The position numbers and the translations under genes were made by a program. Below are positions 55,218 through 64,000 of a stretch of 64,000 bases of DNA, in pieces. Location: positions 9,713-73,712 of the forward strand of contig PMNA01000023.1 in NCBI GenBank assembly GCA_003162055.1, written 5' to 3'. Every line of letters starts with the position of its first letter. Position 1 is the first letter of the stretch. This DNA is from Actinomycetota bacterium (GTDB lineage: Bacteria; Actinomycetota; Thermoleophilia; Gaiellales; Gaiellaceae). The notes beneath the pieces are model-generated. The model was not told where the DNA came from, did not search any database, and saw nothing but the letters and a program-made list of their open reading frames with translations.

Positions 55218-56036
55218 TTGACGCATAGGAGATTGTTGTTTGCTCTGAGCGTACCGCTCATCTTCGCCGCGCTACTCGTGGCGGCCGGAGCGGCGCCCGG
55301 CGCCGGCAAGATCGCCGGAGCCGGGTCGGTCAACAGGATGCTGCGGGGCCTACCGCAGCAGGGGATCGAGCTTGGAAAGCCGGACGCGCCGGTAACCCTG
55401 GTCGAGTTTGTCGAGCCGCAATGCCCGGGCTGTGGGTTCTGGTCGCGCGACGAGTTTCCGGGCGTGGTCTCGCGCTACGTCCGTCCCGGCAAGGTCCGGC
55501 TCGAGTACCGAGGCCTCTCCTTCCTCGGCTCGGACTCCCCGAACCTGCTCGCGCTCGCGCAGGCCGCCGGCGAGCAGAACAAGCTCTGGAACGTCGCCGA
55601 GCTGGAGTATGAGAACCAGGGAGGCGAGGGCTCCGGTTACGCCAATCAAGCCTATCTAGAGGCCATCGCCAAGGCCGTTCCGGGCCTCGACGTCAAGAAG
55701 GCGTTCGCGCGCATGGGCTCGAGCGCGGTCTCGGCACGCATCGCTCAGGCGAAGTCGCTTTCCGACCAGCACGGAATCAATCAGACGCCCACGCTCATGA
55801 TCGGGAAGACGGGCGACGAGCAGAACATGACGGTCATGGCCAGCACGAGCGGCCAGGGCCTCTACAGCTCGATCAATGCTGCGCTGGCGGGGAATCCCGT
55901 TCCGGCCAGGTCGCCAGGCTTCCCGGCCTGGGCGATCGTCCTCATCGTCATGGCGGGCACCGCGGTTCTCGGGGGCGTCATTGGCGTGGCCGTAAGGCTC
56001 AGTGAGCGGCACTATGCTCCTCCGCCGGCGGCCTGA
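55218..56036 (+). CDS. DsbA-family thiol:disulfide oxidoreductase, membrane-anchored
   Basis: The ORF is open from 55161. I prefer the TTG at 55218, preceded by GAAAGGAAG (LTHRRLLFALSVPLIFAALLVAAGAAPGAG). It has the active site VEPQCPGCGFW and a C-terminal TM segment. Confidence 0.7.
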   Translation: MTHRRLLFALSVPLIFAALLVAAGAAPGAGKIAGAGSVNRMLRGLPQQGIELGKPDAPVTLVEFVEPQCPGCGFWSRDEFPGVVSRYVRPGKVRLEYRGLSFLGSDSPNLLALAQAAGEQNKLWNVAELEYENQGGEGSGYANQAYLEAIAKAVPGLDVKKAFARMGSSAVSARIAQAKSLSDQHGINQTPTLMIGKTGDEQNMTVMASTSGQGLYSSINAALAGNPVPARSPGFPAWAIVLIVMAGTAVLGGVIGVAVRLSERHYAPPPAA

Positions 56037-56145
56037 GCAGGGCGATCGTCGCGAATCGGCGGTCGCGAGCGGAACGGCGCTTCGTTGACCTTGCTTTGTT
56101 CTCCACGCCGCATAGCCCGGCCGCGCGGTATACAACGAGACACAG

Positions 56146-57471
<1,326 letters not shown>

Positions 57472-57472
57472 G

Positions 57473-58186
57473 ATGGCCCAGCGCGAGCTCCTCTACGGTC
57501 GAAACGCGGTGCGCGAGGCGATTCGCGGCCCGCGGCAGGTGCTCGAGCTGTGGGTGAGCGAACGGGCCGGCGGGCACGAGCCCTGGCTCTCGGAGCCGGG
57601 CGCTCCGCGCCTCCAGATCAAGCCCGAGCGCGACCTCTCACAGGAGGCGAAGACGCGCGAGCACCAGGGGGTCGTGGCCTGGGTCGAGCCCTACCGCTAC
57701 GCCGACGCCTACGAGCTGGCGGCCGCGAAGACTCCGCTTCTCGCCTGTCTCGATCAGGTCACCAACCCGCGCAACCTGGGCGCTGTGGCCCGCGCGGCGG
57801 CGGGCGCGGGCGCCACCGGCATAGTTGTTCCGGCGCGCGGCTCGGCGCAGGTCACCGCCGAGGTCGCCCGCGCGGCGGCCGGTGCGGTCGAACATATCCC
57901 GATCGCCGTCGTCACCAACCTGGCCCGCTACCTCGAGGAGATCAAGCGTGACGACCTCTGGATCTACGCCGCCGACGGTCGAGCCGAGATGTCCTACTGG
58001 CAGGCCGATCTCTCCGGCGGCGTCGCGCTCGTCTTCGGGGCCGAGAAGAAGGGACTGCGCCCGCTCGTGCGCCGCCGCTGCGACGACGCGTTGGCAATTC
58101 CTCTGCTCGGTGAGGTCGAGTCGCTCAACGTCGGCGTGGCCGCCGCTCTCCTTCTCTACGAGGCGCGGAGACAACGTGGCGCGTAA
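57473..58186 (+). CDS. rlmB: 23S rRNA (guanosine-2'-O-)-methyltransferase RlmB (SpoU/TrmH family)
   Basis: 237 aa with LYGRNAVREAI, the SpoU motifs NPRNLGAVARAAAGAGATG, ALVFGAEKKGL and IPLLGEVESLNVGVAAALLLYE. It sits directly after cysS. Confidence 0.88.
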   Translation: MAQRELLYGRNAVREAIRGPRQVLELWVSERAGGHEPWLSEPGAPRLQIKPERDLSQEAKTREHQGVVAWVEPYRYADAYELAAAKTPLLACLDQVTNPRNLGAVARAAAGAGATGIVVPARGSAQVTAEVARAAAGAVEHIPIAVVTNLARYLEEIKRDDLWIYAADGRAEMSYWQADLSGGVALVFGAEKKGLRPLVRRRCDDALAIPLLGEVESLNVGVAAALLLYEARRQRGA

Positions 58187-58661
58187 GCCGGAGCCGGGCA
58201 CGGAGGAGGGAGCATCGAAGCGCAGCGCACCCGAGCCGACCTTCTACCTCTTTGACGGCTACAACCTCCTCTACGCGGGCAAATTCAGCGATCCGCGCGA
58301 GCTAGAAGACAAATTGGCCAGCTTCGTAGCTCTGCGCGGCGCCCGTGGCATCGTCGTCTTCGACGGCGCGGGCGCCGCGCACACGCTCGGACCGCTCGAG
58401 GTGCGCTTCGCCGAGGTGGCCGACTACGCGCTCGAGCGCCTGGCCGCCGAGCTTCGAGAGCGCGAGCGTGTCTGCCTTGTCTCCTCCGACCTCACCGTTC
58501 GCGAAACGAGTGGCAAGGAAGTGGACAAGCGTTCCTCGCAACTCTTCATGCAGGAACTGGGGGAGACCGAGCTGCCGCCGCCGCCGCGGATGGCAATCGA
58601 GGATCGCCTCGACGACAAAACGCGCGCCAAGCTCGAGCGGATCCGCCGCGGCGAGAAATAG
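58176..58661 (+). CDS. NYN-domain (YacP/Rae1-like) predicted ribonuclease
   Basis: 161 aa from the GTG at 58176 (11-nt overlap with rlmB). It has TFYLFDGYNLLY, GIVVFDG and VCLVSSDLTVRE. The position after rlmB and before a sigH-type gene matches the Bacillus yacO-yacP-sigH order. Confidence 0.75.
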   Translation: MARKPEPGTEEGASKRSAPEPTFYLFDGYNLLYAGKFSDPRELEDKLASFVALRGARGIVVFDGAGAAHTLGPLEVRFAEVADYALERLAAELRERERVCLVSSDLTVRETSGKEVDKRSSQLFMQELGETELPPPPRMAIEDRLDDKTRAKLERIRRGEK

Positions 58662-58750
58662 TCGCCACGCGGCACGCGTTCGTCTGTGAAATTCGGCGCT
58701 CGACCTGTCCCGTAACAGGAGTTGAAATGGAGGTCGCTGATTTACGAAAG

Positions 58751-58764
58751 CGAACACATGTTCG
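58751..58764. promoter_or_regulatory. candidate LexA operator (Cheo/SOS box) CGAACACATGTTCG
   Basis: It is a perfect CGAAC-N4-GTTCG palindrome (16 of 18 positions are symmetric in AGCGAACACATGTTCGCT). It lies in the 248-nt intergenic region, about 146 nt upstream of the sigma-factor start. Confidence 0.5.
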
Positions 58765-58909
58765 CTAACGCTCGGGTCCAGTGCAAAGTGGTCCGGTTTT
58801 CGGGTCCATCGCAATAGACTTGTATTTCAGTGGGACCACTGCTAACGTCGATCGCATCAAATTAGATAAGTCCTGTAACGAGTGGCACTAACACAGGGGT
58901 CGAGACGAG

Positions 58910-59584
58910 ATGGCGGCACAACCAGCAAGGTATGAGCGACGCAGTTACCAGCCTCAGCGGGCTCAGCGCGAGCTCGAAGACCTGCAGCTCGTTATGAAAG
59001 CGCGCAACGGTAGCTCGCAAGCGATGGACAACCTTCTTCGCCGCTACGACGGTTTCGTGCGCCTCAAGTCCAGCTCGTACTTCCTCGCCGGCGGCGAATC
59101 GGAGGATCTCGTCCAGGAGGGACGGATCGGTTTGTACAAGGCGGTGCGCGACTTCCGGGCCGACAAGGAGACCTCGTTCCGCTCCTTCGCCGAGCTTTGC
59201 GTGACGCGCCAGATCATCACCGCGATCAAGACCGCGACCCGTTTCAAGCACGCGCCGCTGAACACCTACGTCTCCTTCAGCCAGACTCCCGCCGGTCAGG
59301 ATTCCGACAGCGAGTGCACACTCGGCGACGCTCTGCCCGGGCCCGGTGTGGACGATCCGTCCGTCTGCGTCGTCTCGACCGAAGAGCTGCAGAGCCTGGT
59401 CTTCTGCCTCGGCTCGGGCCTCTCACAGCTGGAGGCTGATTCGCTTCGGCTCTACCTCGAGGGCTCTTCCTACGAGCAGATGGCCGACGAGCTGGGCTGC
59501 GACACCAAGACGATCGACAACGCCCTGCAACGTGTGAAGCGCAAGATCATCGCCCATCAGCGCTCACGCGAAGTCCTCCTCTAG
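58910..59584 (+). CDS. sigH: sigma-70 family sigma factor of the SigH (Spo0H) type
   Basis: 224 aa. LVQEGRIGLYKAVRDFRADKETSFRSFAELCVTRQIITAIKTATRFKHAPLNTYVSF and SYEQMADELGCDTKTIDNALQRVKRKI are nearly colinear with B. subtilis SigH as I remember it. Confidence 0.85.
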   Translation: MAAQPARYERRSYQPQRAQRELEDLQLVMKARNGSSQAMDNLLRRYDGFVRLKSSSYFLAGGESEDLVQEGRIGLYKAVRDFRADKETSFRSFAELCVTRQIITAIKTATRFKHAPLNTYVSFSQTPAGQDSDSECTLGDALPGPGVDDPSVCVVSTEELQSLVFCLGSGLSQLEADSLRLYLEGSSYEQMADELGCDTKTIDNALQRVKRKIIAHQRSREVLL

Positions 59585-59663
59585 CTCCCGCTCGAAAACG
59601 ATCGGCGTCTCACGCGCCGAGGTCGCGCGCTCCACTCGGAGCCACTATCGAGGGGACGCGAAC

Positions 59664-60233
59664 ATGAGCGTCGACGAGTGCGTGCACTGCCGCGATTTTC
59701 CCTGCGCGGACGTCGATCACTCGGCCTACGTCCTTCCGGCGCTCGAGCTCGATCCGACCGGAATCTCGCTTCTGCTGATCTCCGAGGCGGCACCCGCGAG
59801 CCCGGACGACTGGTTCTACGCGTCCGGCGAGGAGGTCTCGTCGCTGAGCGAGCAGCTCGAGCGCTGCGCCTACGTGACCATCGCGGTCAAGTGCGGCAAG
59901 ACCGGCTACGCGATCAAAACCGACACCGTCAAGACCTGCTCGCAGCTGCTCGAGCACGAGCTGGCGCTCTTTGCTCAGGCGCGGGTGCTGATGTTGATGG
60001 GCGATCTGGCGATCAAGCCGCTGAATGCGATTGCCCGCCGAAACGGGGAGCCGCGCGTGATTCCCGCCGGCTCGACCTACAAGCTGCGCGGCCCCGAGTA
60101 CCGCAACCGCGGGCTGCGCGTCTCCCCCTCCTATCTACAGGCCGGTCCGAGCTTCTTCATCGAGAAGAGCAAGCGCAAGATGATCGCCGAGGAGATCGCC
60201 GCTGCACTCGAAGTCGTTCGTCGCCGGCCGTAA
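59664..60233 (+). CDS. possible uracil-DNA glycosylase superfamily protein (weak call)
   Basis: 189 aa. It has an N-terminal Cys cluster (CVHCRDFPC), LLLISEAAPA where the family 4/5 GEAPG motif would be, and a later SPSYL segment. The assignment is tentative. Confidence 0.35.
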   Translation: MSVDECVHCRDFPCADVDHSAYVLPALELDPTGISLLLISEAAPASPDDWFYASGEEVSSLSEQLERCAYVTIAVKCGKTGYAIKTDTVKTCSQLLEHELALFAQARVLMLMGDLAIKPLNAIARRNGEPRVIPAGSTYKLRGPEYRNRGLRVSPSYLQAGPSFFIEKSKRKMIAEEIAAALEVVRRRP

Positions 60234-60268
60234 TTCCCGGGGGGAAGCTACTCTCCAGCTTGTAGGTC

Positions 60269-60341
60269 GCCGGAGTAGCTCAGCTGGTAGAGCAAGCGCC
60301 TTGTAAGCGCTAGGTCGTCGGTTCGAGTCCGACCTCCGGCT
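60269..60341 (+). tRNA. tRNA-Thr (anticodon UGU)
   Basis: GCCGGAG-TA-GCTC-AGCTGGT-AGAGC-A-AGCGC-CTTGTAA-GCGCT-AGGTC-GTCGG-TTCGAGT-CCGAC-CTCCGGC-T folds as a canonical cloverleaf. The anticodon loop is CU-UGU-AA. CCA is not encoded. Confidence 0.93.
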
Positions 60342-60458
60342 TAGAGCCCATTCCGGATCGCGGCACTACGCCCGCCGTCCGCGCTCGGCGGTCTACCGCG
60401 CCCTACCAGTCACGTTTCGATTCCGTTACGAATTGATGAAGAATCGCCTCCAAACGAT

Positions 60459-61046
60459 GTGCCGGAGGTACCCTGGCAGGCGATGGCCGATTGGGTCAAC
60501 CTGTTTGCAGGCGTAACGCAGATCGTGATCGCAATCGCGGTCATCTTCGAGCTGGCTATACTCAGGCGCGGTATTCCGCGGGTCGCGGTTCTCTTGGTCG
60601 CGTTCTTCGTGGTGGACGGGCTCGTTGCGATAAACCGTCCCGATTCACTGCTCGGATCCAGCGCAATTCTCGACGCGGTGTTGACCGTCATCGATATGGC
60701 CGTGCTGCTCGGGCTGCTCGTATACGTTCGTCGCCTGGTTCGTGGTGCTCTGCAAACGGTGGACGAAGCGAAGCTGCGGGCGCAGGAGTACGAACGCGCC
60801 CGTCGCGACTACGCGCGCCTGCTTCGGCATCGCATCGCCAACCCGCTGATGACGATCGGAGGCGCGGCGCGGACGCTGCGAGCCAAGCGCGGCGACGAGG
60901 CAAAGCGCGAGCAGCTCCTGGACTCGATCATCGAGGCCTCCAAGAGCCTGGAGAGAATCTCGCTCGAGCCGCAGGCAAATAGCGCCGAGGAGACCAGTCT
61001 CGAGCCGGCGCCAAAGGTCGAAGAGCTGTCCGAGAACAGGCGCTAG
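60459..61046 (+). CDS. membrane protein with a lone histidine-kinase dimerisation/phosphoacceptor (DHp/HisKA-like) helix pair; no ATPase domain
   Basis: 195 aa. Three hydrophobic segments are followed by a coiled region and the H-box-like LLRHRIANPLMTIGGAARTL. The protein ends about 60 aa later without N/G1/G2 boxes. Confidence 0.55.
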   Translation: MPEVPWQAMADWVNLFAGVTQIVIAIAVIFELAILRRGIPRVAVLLVAFFVVDGLVAINRPDSLLGSSAILDAVLTVIDMAVLLGLLVYVRRLVRGALQTVDEAKLRAQEYERARRDYARLLRHRIANPLMTIGGAARTLRAKRGDEAKREQLLDSIIEASKSLERISLEPQANSAEETSLEPAPKVEELSENRR

Positions 61047-62125
61047 AGCGAAGTCAGTGCCCGCTCAAGGTCGCGCCAGAGGTCGTCGACGTCCTCGAGC
61101 CCGGCGCTCAATCTGAGCAGGCCGAGCGGCACTCTCTCTCCCTCCCAGCGTGAGCGCGATTCGATCGTGCTGCGAGCACCGCCGAAACTGGTCGCGTTCT
61201 CGATCAGCTCGCAGGAGCTTTCAAGCGCCTGCGCCGCGGCCGCGCCGCCTCGGACGACGAAGGAGACGAGCGGGCCGAAGGCGCTCACGTACCTCGCCGC
61301 GACTTCGTCACCCAGTCCGGGGTAGTTCACGCTCTCGACCGCCGGATGCTCCCGCAGCCGTCGCGCCAGCTCGAGCGCGGTCGCCGAGCAGCGCCGAACT
61401 CGCAGCGGCAGCGTCTTCAGGCTGCGCAGAAGCAGCCAGGCGGGATCGGGCGAGCCGATCAGCCCCACCAGCCGGCGCACTTGGTGAAGACGCTCGACGT
61501 CTTCGTCGTGGGCGCAGCTGGCGATCCCGAGCACCAGGTCGTGGTGCCCGCCGAGCAACTTGGTGGCGCTGTGCACCGAGAAATCGGCGCCGTGCTCGAG
61601 CGGGCGCAGTAGAACGGGCGTCAGCATCGTCGCGTCGACAGCGACGCGGGCACCGTGCTCGTGCGCCCGGGCGATCGAATCGTCGAGGTCGGGGAAGCTG
61701 AGCATCGGGTTGGAGCAGGGCTCGAGCCAGACCAGAGCGGCCTCTTCGGGCGGCGGGCCGGTCTGGTCGAACTCGAGCAGGCGCAGGCCGAAACGCGAGA
61801 GCTCTTCCGAGATCAGGTGGCTAGTGCTGACGTAGGCGCCGAGGGGAACGGCGACGGCGTCACCCGGCTTGCAGAAGGCGAGCACGACACCCGCGATCGC
61901 GGCCATGCCGCAGGAAAAGAGAAGCGCCCGCCCACCTTCCAGCTCGCCGAGCACGCGCTCGACCTCGGCCGCGAGCGGATGGTCGTAGCGCTGGTAGGCG
62001 AAGCGACCGAGCTCGCCTTCGCTGTAGGGCCAGGTGGTCGCGCGATCGAGAGCGGGCTGGCGCAATCCCGCCAATCGCGTCTCCAGGCTGAGTCGAGTCG
62101 CCGCGTCCCCGTCGGTCTCCTTCAT
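61043..62125 (-). CDS. Cys/Met-metabolism PLP-dependent enzyme (cystathionine gamma-synthase/beta-lyase family)
   Basis: 360 aa with YQRYDHPL, LFSCGMAAI, VDATMLTP, FSVHSATKLLGGHHDL (PLP lysine) and LLRLSAGLEDVDDL. Confidence 0.85.
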   Translation of the reverse strand: MKETDGDAATRLSLETRLAGLRQPALDRATTWPYSEGELGRFAYQRYDHPLAAEVERVLGELEGGRALLFSCGMAAIAGVVLAFCKPGDAVAVPLGAYVSTSHLISEELSRFGLRLLEFDQTGPPPEEAALVWLEPCSNPMLSFPDLDDSIARAHEHGARVAVDATMLTPVLLRPLEHGADFSVHSATKLLGGHHDLVLGIASCAHDEDVERLHQVRRLVGLIGSPDPAWLLLRSLKTLPLRVRRCSATALELARRLREHPAVESVNYPGLGDEVAARYVSAFGPLVSFVVRGGAAAAQALESSCELIENATSFGGARSTIESRSRWEGERVPLGLLRLSAGLEDVDDLWRDLERALTSL

Positions 62126-62157
62126 GCGTCGATGATAGGAGAAGTTGGCGTCTCTCC

Positions 62158-63963
62158 CTAGGCTTCGGACGCCTGCTCGCGTTCCGGCGCTAGGTCGAGT
62201 GCCTCGGTCAGCGCGTCAACGACCTCGGGGTCGAACTGGCTGCCCGAGAGACTCTCGATCTCTTCCAGTGCCTGCTCGGTCGAGAGACCGCGGCGGTAGG
62301 TGCGGTCGCTGGTCATCGCATCCCAGGAGTCGGCGGCAAAGATAATGCGGGCTCCGAGCGGAATATCCTCCTCGGTCAGCCCCTTCGGATAGCCCCGTCC
62401 GTCCCAGCGCTCGTGGTGATATCGAACCCAGTCGGCGGCCGCTCCCAGGCCGAGGCTCTCGATCATCTGGAAGCCGATCTCCGGATGCCGCTGAAGCACG
62501 AGCAGCTCGGCGCCCGAGAGCGGATCTTCCTTGCGCAACAGCTCCTCGGGGATGGCCAGCTTGCCGACGTCGTGCAGGTGGCCGGCCAGGCGCAGCAGCT
62601 CGATCTGCTCGCCATCGACGTCCAGGTGCTCGCCGATCAAGGCGGCGAGATCGCCGACGCGGCGCGAATGGGCACCCGCGTTGGCGTCGCGCGCGTCGAC
62701 CGCGTCGGCCAGGCTGGCGGCCGCGCGCAGACGGTCGCTCAGGCTCGGGTTGGCGCCCAGGCGCTCGAAGGCGTGCGCGCTCAAGACCTCGGGGTGATAA
62801 ACCCGCGCTCTGTTCTTGCCGTGCTCCTTGGCCCAGTAAAGGGCGCTGTCGGCCAGGCGCGGTAACTCGCCGCGGTTCACGCTCTCGGAGGGGTAGGCGG
62901 CGATCCCGCAACTCATCGTCAGCTGGGGCAGGTCGTCTACCTGGAGCGAGGCGATGCGCGCGAGGATCGCGCTCGCGACCTCGAACGCCTCGACGCCCGT
63001 GCGCCCGGCCAGGATCACGGCGAACTCGTCTCCGCCCAGCCGGAAGGCCTCACCGCCGTGGCGCAGGCGGCTGGCGACGGTAACCAGCACCCGGTCGCCG
63101 GCGGGGTGGCCGTAGTCGTCGTTGACCAGCTTGAGGTTGTCGAGATCGAAGTAGCAGAGCGCGATCGGGCTGTCCGAGCTCTCAGCCTGGTCCAGCGCCT
63201 CCTGCAGCCGCTCGTGGAAGCGGCGCGGGTTACCGAGCCCGGTGAGCGGGTCGGTGCTGGCCAGTCGCATGGCCGAGCGGGCCTTGTAGCGCTGGCGCTC
63301 GTAGAGGTCGATCGCGGCCAGCGGCCCGGCCAGCGCGACGATCAGGAAGGGCGAGCGCTGCCAGAGCACGATCGCTGTGAGCGAGGCCGAGACTCCGAAC
63401 AGGAAGGGCAGGCTGGTCCAGCTGAAGGTTCGCTCGAGCGTTATCAGGTAGCGCTTTCCCTCCGAGAGAGACAGAGCGGCGGAGACCAGGATCAGAGTCG
63501 GAAGGCCGTAGGCGACGGCAGCAAGGCCAACTGCAGCCACCAACTCCCAGAGGCTTCCAGCGCCGGGAAGCATCGCCAGCAGGAGACCGGCGGAGGCGAC
63601 CGCCAGAACGAGCGCCGCCGCGTTGTAGACGACCTTCATCAGCGGCTGCCTCGTCCATGCGCTACCGCCGGCGAGGCTCAGGATGCAGACGAAGACCATC
63701 GGCTCCCAGCCGAACAGGATGACGCCCGCGACGTTGAAGACGGTGGCCAGCGAGTAGCCGCGCAGGCTCGTGTCCTCGACCGGGACCGGGTAACGCTCGG
63801 CCACCGCGATGAAGACGAGGAATGCGGCCAGTGCTGCGCACCTGCGAGCGCTCGGCGGGCTCTGGGCGACGCGCACGGCCGCGACGGCGCCGACGACGAC
63901 GCCCGCGGCGCAAGCACAAACCACCAGCGTCTTGAGCCGGGCGGTGTGCCGGTCTTGTCTCAT
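62158..63963 (-). CDS. membrane sensor with GGDEF diguanylate cyclase and HD-GYP phosphodiesterase domains
   Basis: 601 aa. About 7 N-terminal TM segments are followed by GGDEF (DPLTGLGNPRRF, DLDNLKLVNDDYGHPAGD, RLGGDEFAVIL) and HD-GYP (AGHLHDVGKLAIPEELL, HHERWDGRGYPKGL). Confidence 0.88.
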   Translation of the reverse strand: MRQDRHTARLKTLVVCACAAGVVVGAVAAVRVAQSPPSARRCAALAAFLVFIAVAERYPVPVEDTSLRGYSLATVFNVAGVILFGWEPMVFVCILSLAGGSAWTRQPLMKVVYNAAALVLAVASAGLLLAMLPGAGSLWELVAAVGLAAVAYGLPTLILVSAALSLSEGKRYLITLERTFSWTSLPFLFGVSASLTAIVLWQRSPFLIVALAGPLAAIDLYERQRYKARSAMRLASTDPLTGLGNPRRFHERLQEALDQAESSDSPIALCYFDLDNLKLVNDDYGHPAGDRVLVTVASRLRHGGEAFRLGGDEFAVILAGRTGVEAFEVASAILARIASLQVDDLPQLTMSCGIAAYPSESVNRGELPRLADSALYWAKEHGKNRARVYHPEVLSAHAFERLGANPSLSDRLRAAASLADAVDARDANAGAHSRRVGDLAALIGEHLDVDGEQIELLRLAGHLHDVGKLAIPEELLRKEDPLSGAELLVLQRHPEIGFQMIESLGLGAAADWVRYHHERWDGRGYPKGLTEEDIPLGARIIFAADSWDAMTSDRTYRRGLSTEQALEEIESLSGSQFDPEVVDALTEALDLAPEREQASEA

Positions 63964-64000
63964 CGCTCCGCTCCAGCGCCGCCAGTGCGCGAGCAGTCGC

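Noticed and set aside
57825-58175. A long 5' extension of the yacP-like ORF gives 278 aa in total.
   Set aside because: The extension lies entirely inside rlmB in another frame and is Arg/Pro/Ser-rich. The NYN homology begins only after the GTG at 58176.
58302-58814. A 170-aa minus-strand ORF spans the yacP-like gene and part of the sigH leader.
   Set aside because: It is antisense to a gene with clear NYN-domain similarity. Its product has no motifs and an implausible composition.
59678-60265. A 195-aa ORF in an alternative frame overlaps the putative UDG-like gene.
   Set aside because: Its product is Arg/Gly-rich and low-complexity. The 59664 frame has more protein-like composition, although its own function call remains weak.
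60342-60458. tRNA-Thr was considered as a possible integration site for a genomic island.
   Set aside because: There is no integrase, no partial tRNA duplicate and no direct repeat of the tRNA 3' end nearby. The downstream genes look like ordinary chromosomal genes.
63960-64000. A possible 3' end of a further minus-strand gene overlaps the GGDEF gene start (ATGA).
   Set aside because: Only 13 codons are visible before the window edge, which is too little to support a call.

Overview
This is a high-GC (roughly two-thirds G+C by eye), densely coding bacterial chromosome segment. It probably comes from a monoderm lineage, with Actinomycetota of the Thermoleophilia/Rubrobacteria type as my best guess. 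That guess is an inference from gene order and protein styles. A conserved housekeeping backbone runs through the window: lysS | clpC - radA - carD - ispD - ispF | cysS - rlmB - yacP-like NYN - sigH-type sigma - tRNA-Thr(UGU). Two accessory blocks interrupt it. Block 1 (about 856-30774, between lysS and clpC) is a ~30 kb Wzx/Wzy-type envelope-polysaccharide cluster. It holds a Wzz/BY-kinase fusion, a Wzy-like polymerase, a Wzx flippase, a WbaP-like priming transferase and about 10 glycosyltransferases including a GT39-like membrane enzyme. It also holds a methyltransferase, two tandem CE4-type deacetylases, a large secreted PIG-L deacetylase with PKD repeats, two GH26-like hydrolase paralogues and an acidic Ig-repeat protein with no export signal. 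Block 2 (about 38124-56036, between ispF and cysS) is an ~18 kb mosaic. It holds two secreted RCC1 beta-propeller proteins flanking an MMPL pseudogene remnant, a CDF transporter, a chagasin-type inhibitor and a DhaL-DegV (FakA/FakB-like) fusion. It also holds a heliorhodopsin translationally chained to a DUF1295 membrane enzyme, a decayed GNAT, an LPG-synthase-TM-like protein, CapA, a cupin and DsbA. My top leads are three. First, the heliorhodopsin-DUF1295 pair is joined by three tandem octamers that form a relay of ATGA stop/start overlaps. Second, a perfect Cheo/LexA box lies in the leader of the SigH-type sigma gene. Third, two unrelated secreted proteins share a basic C-terminal module. 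I saw no rRNA, CRISPR, transposase, integrase or prophage genes. All calls rest on reading the translations and motifs from memory; no database search was possible.
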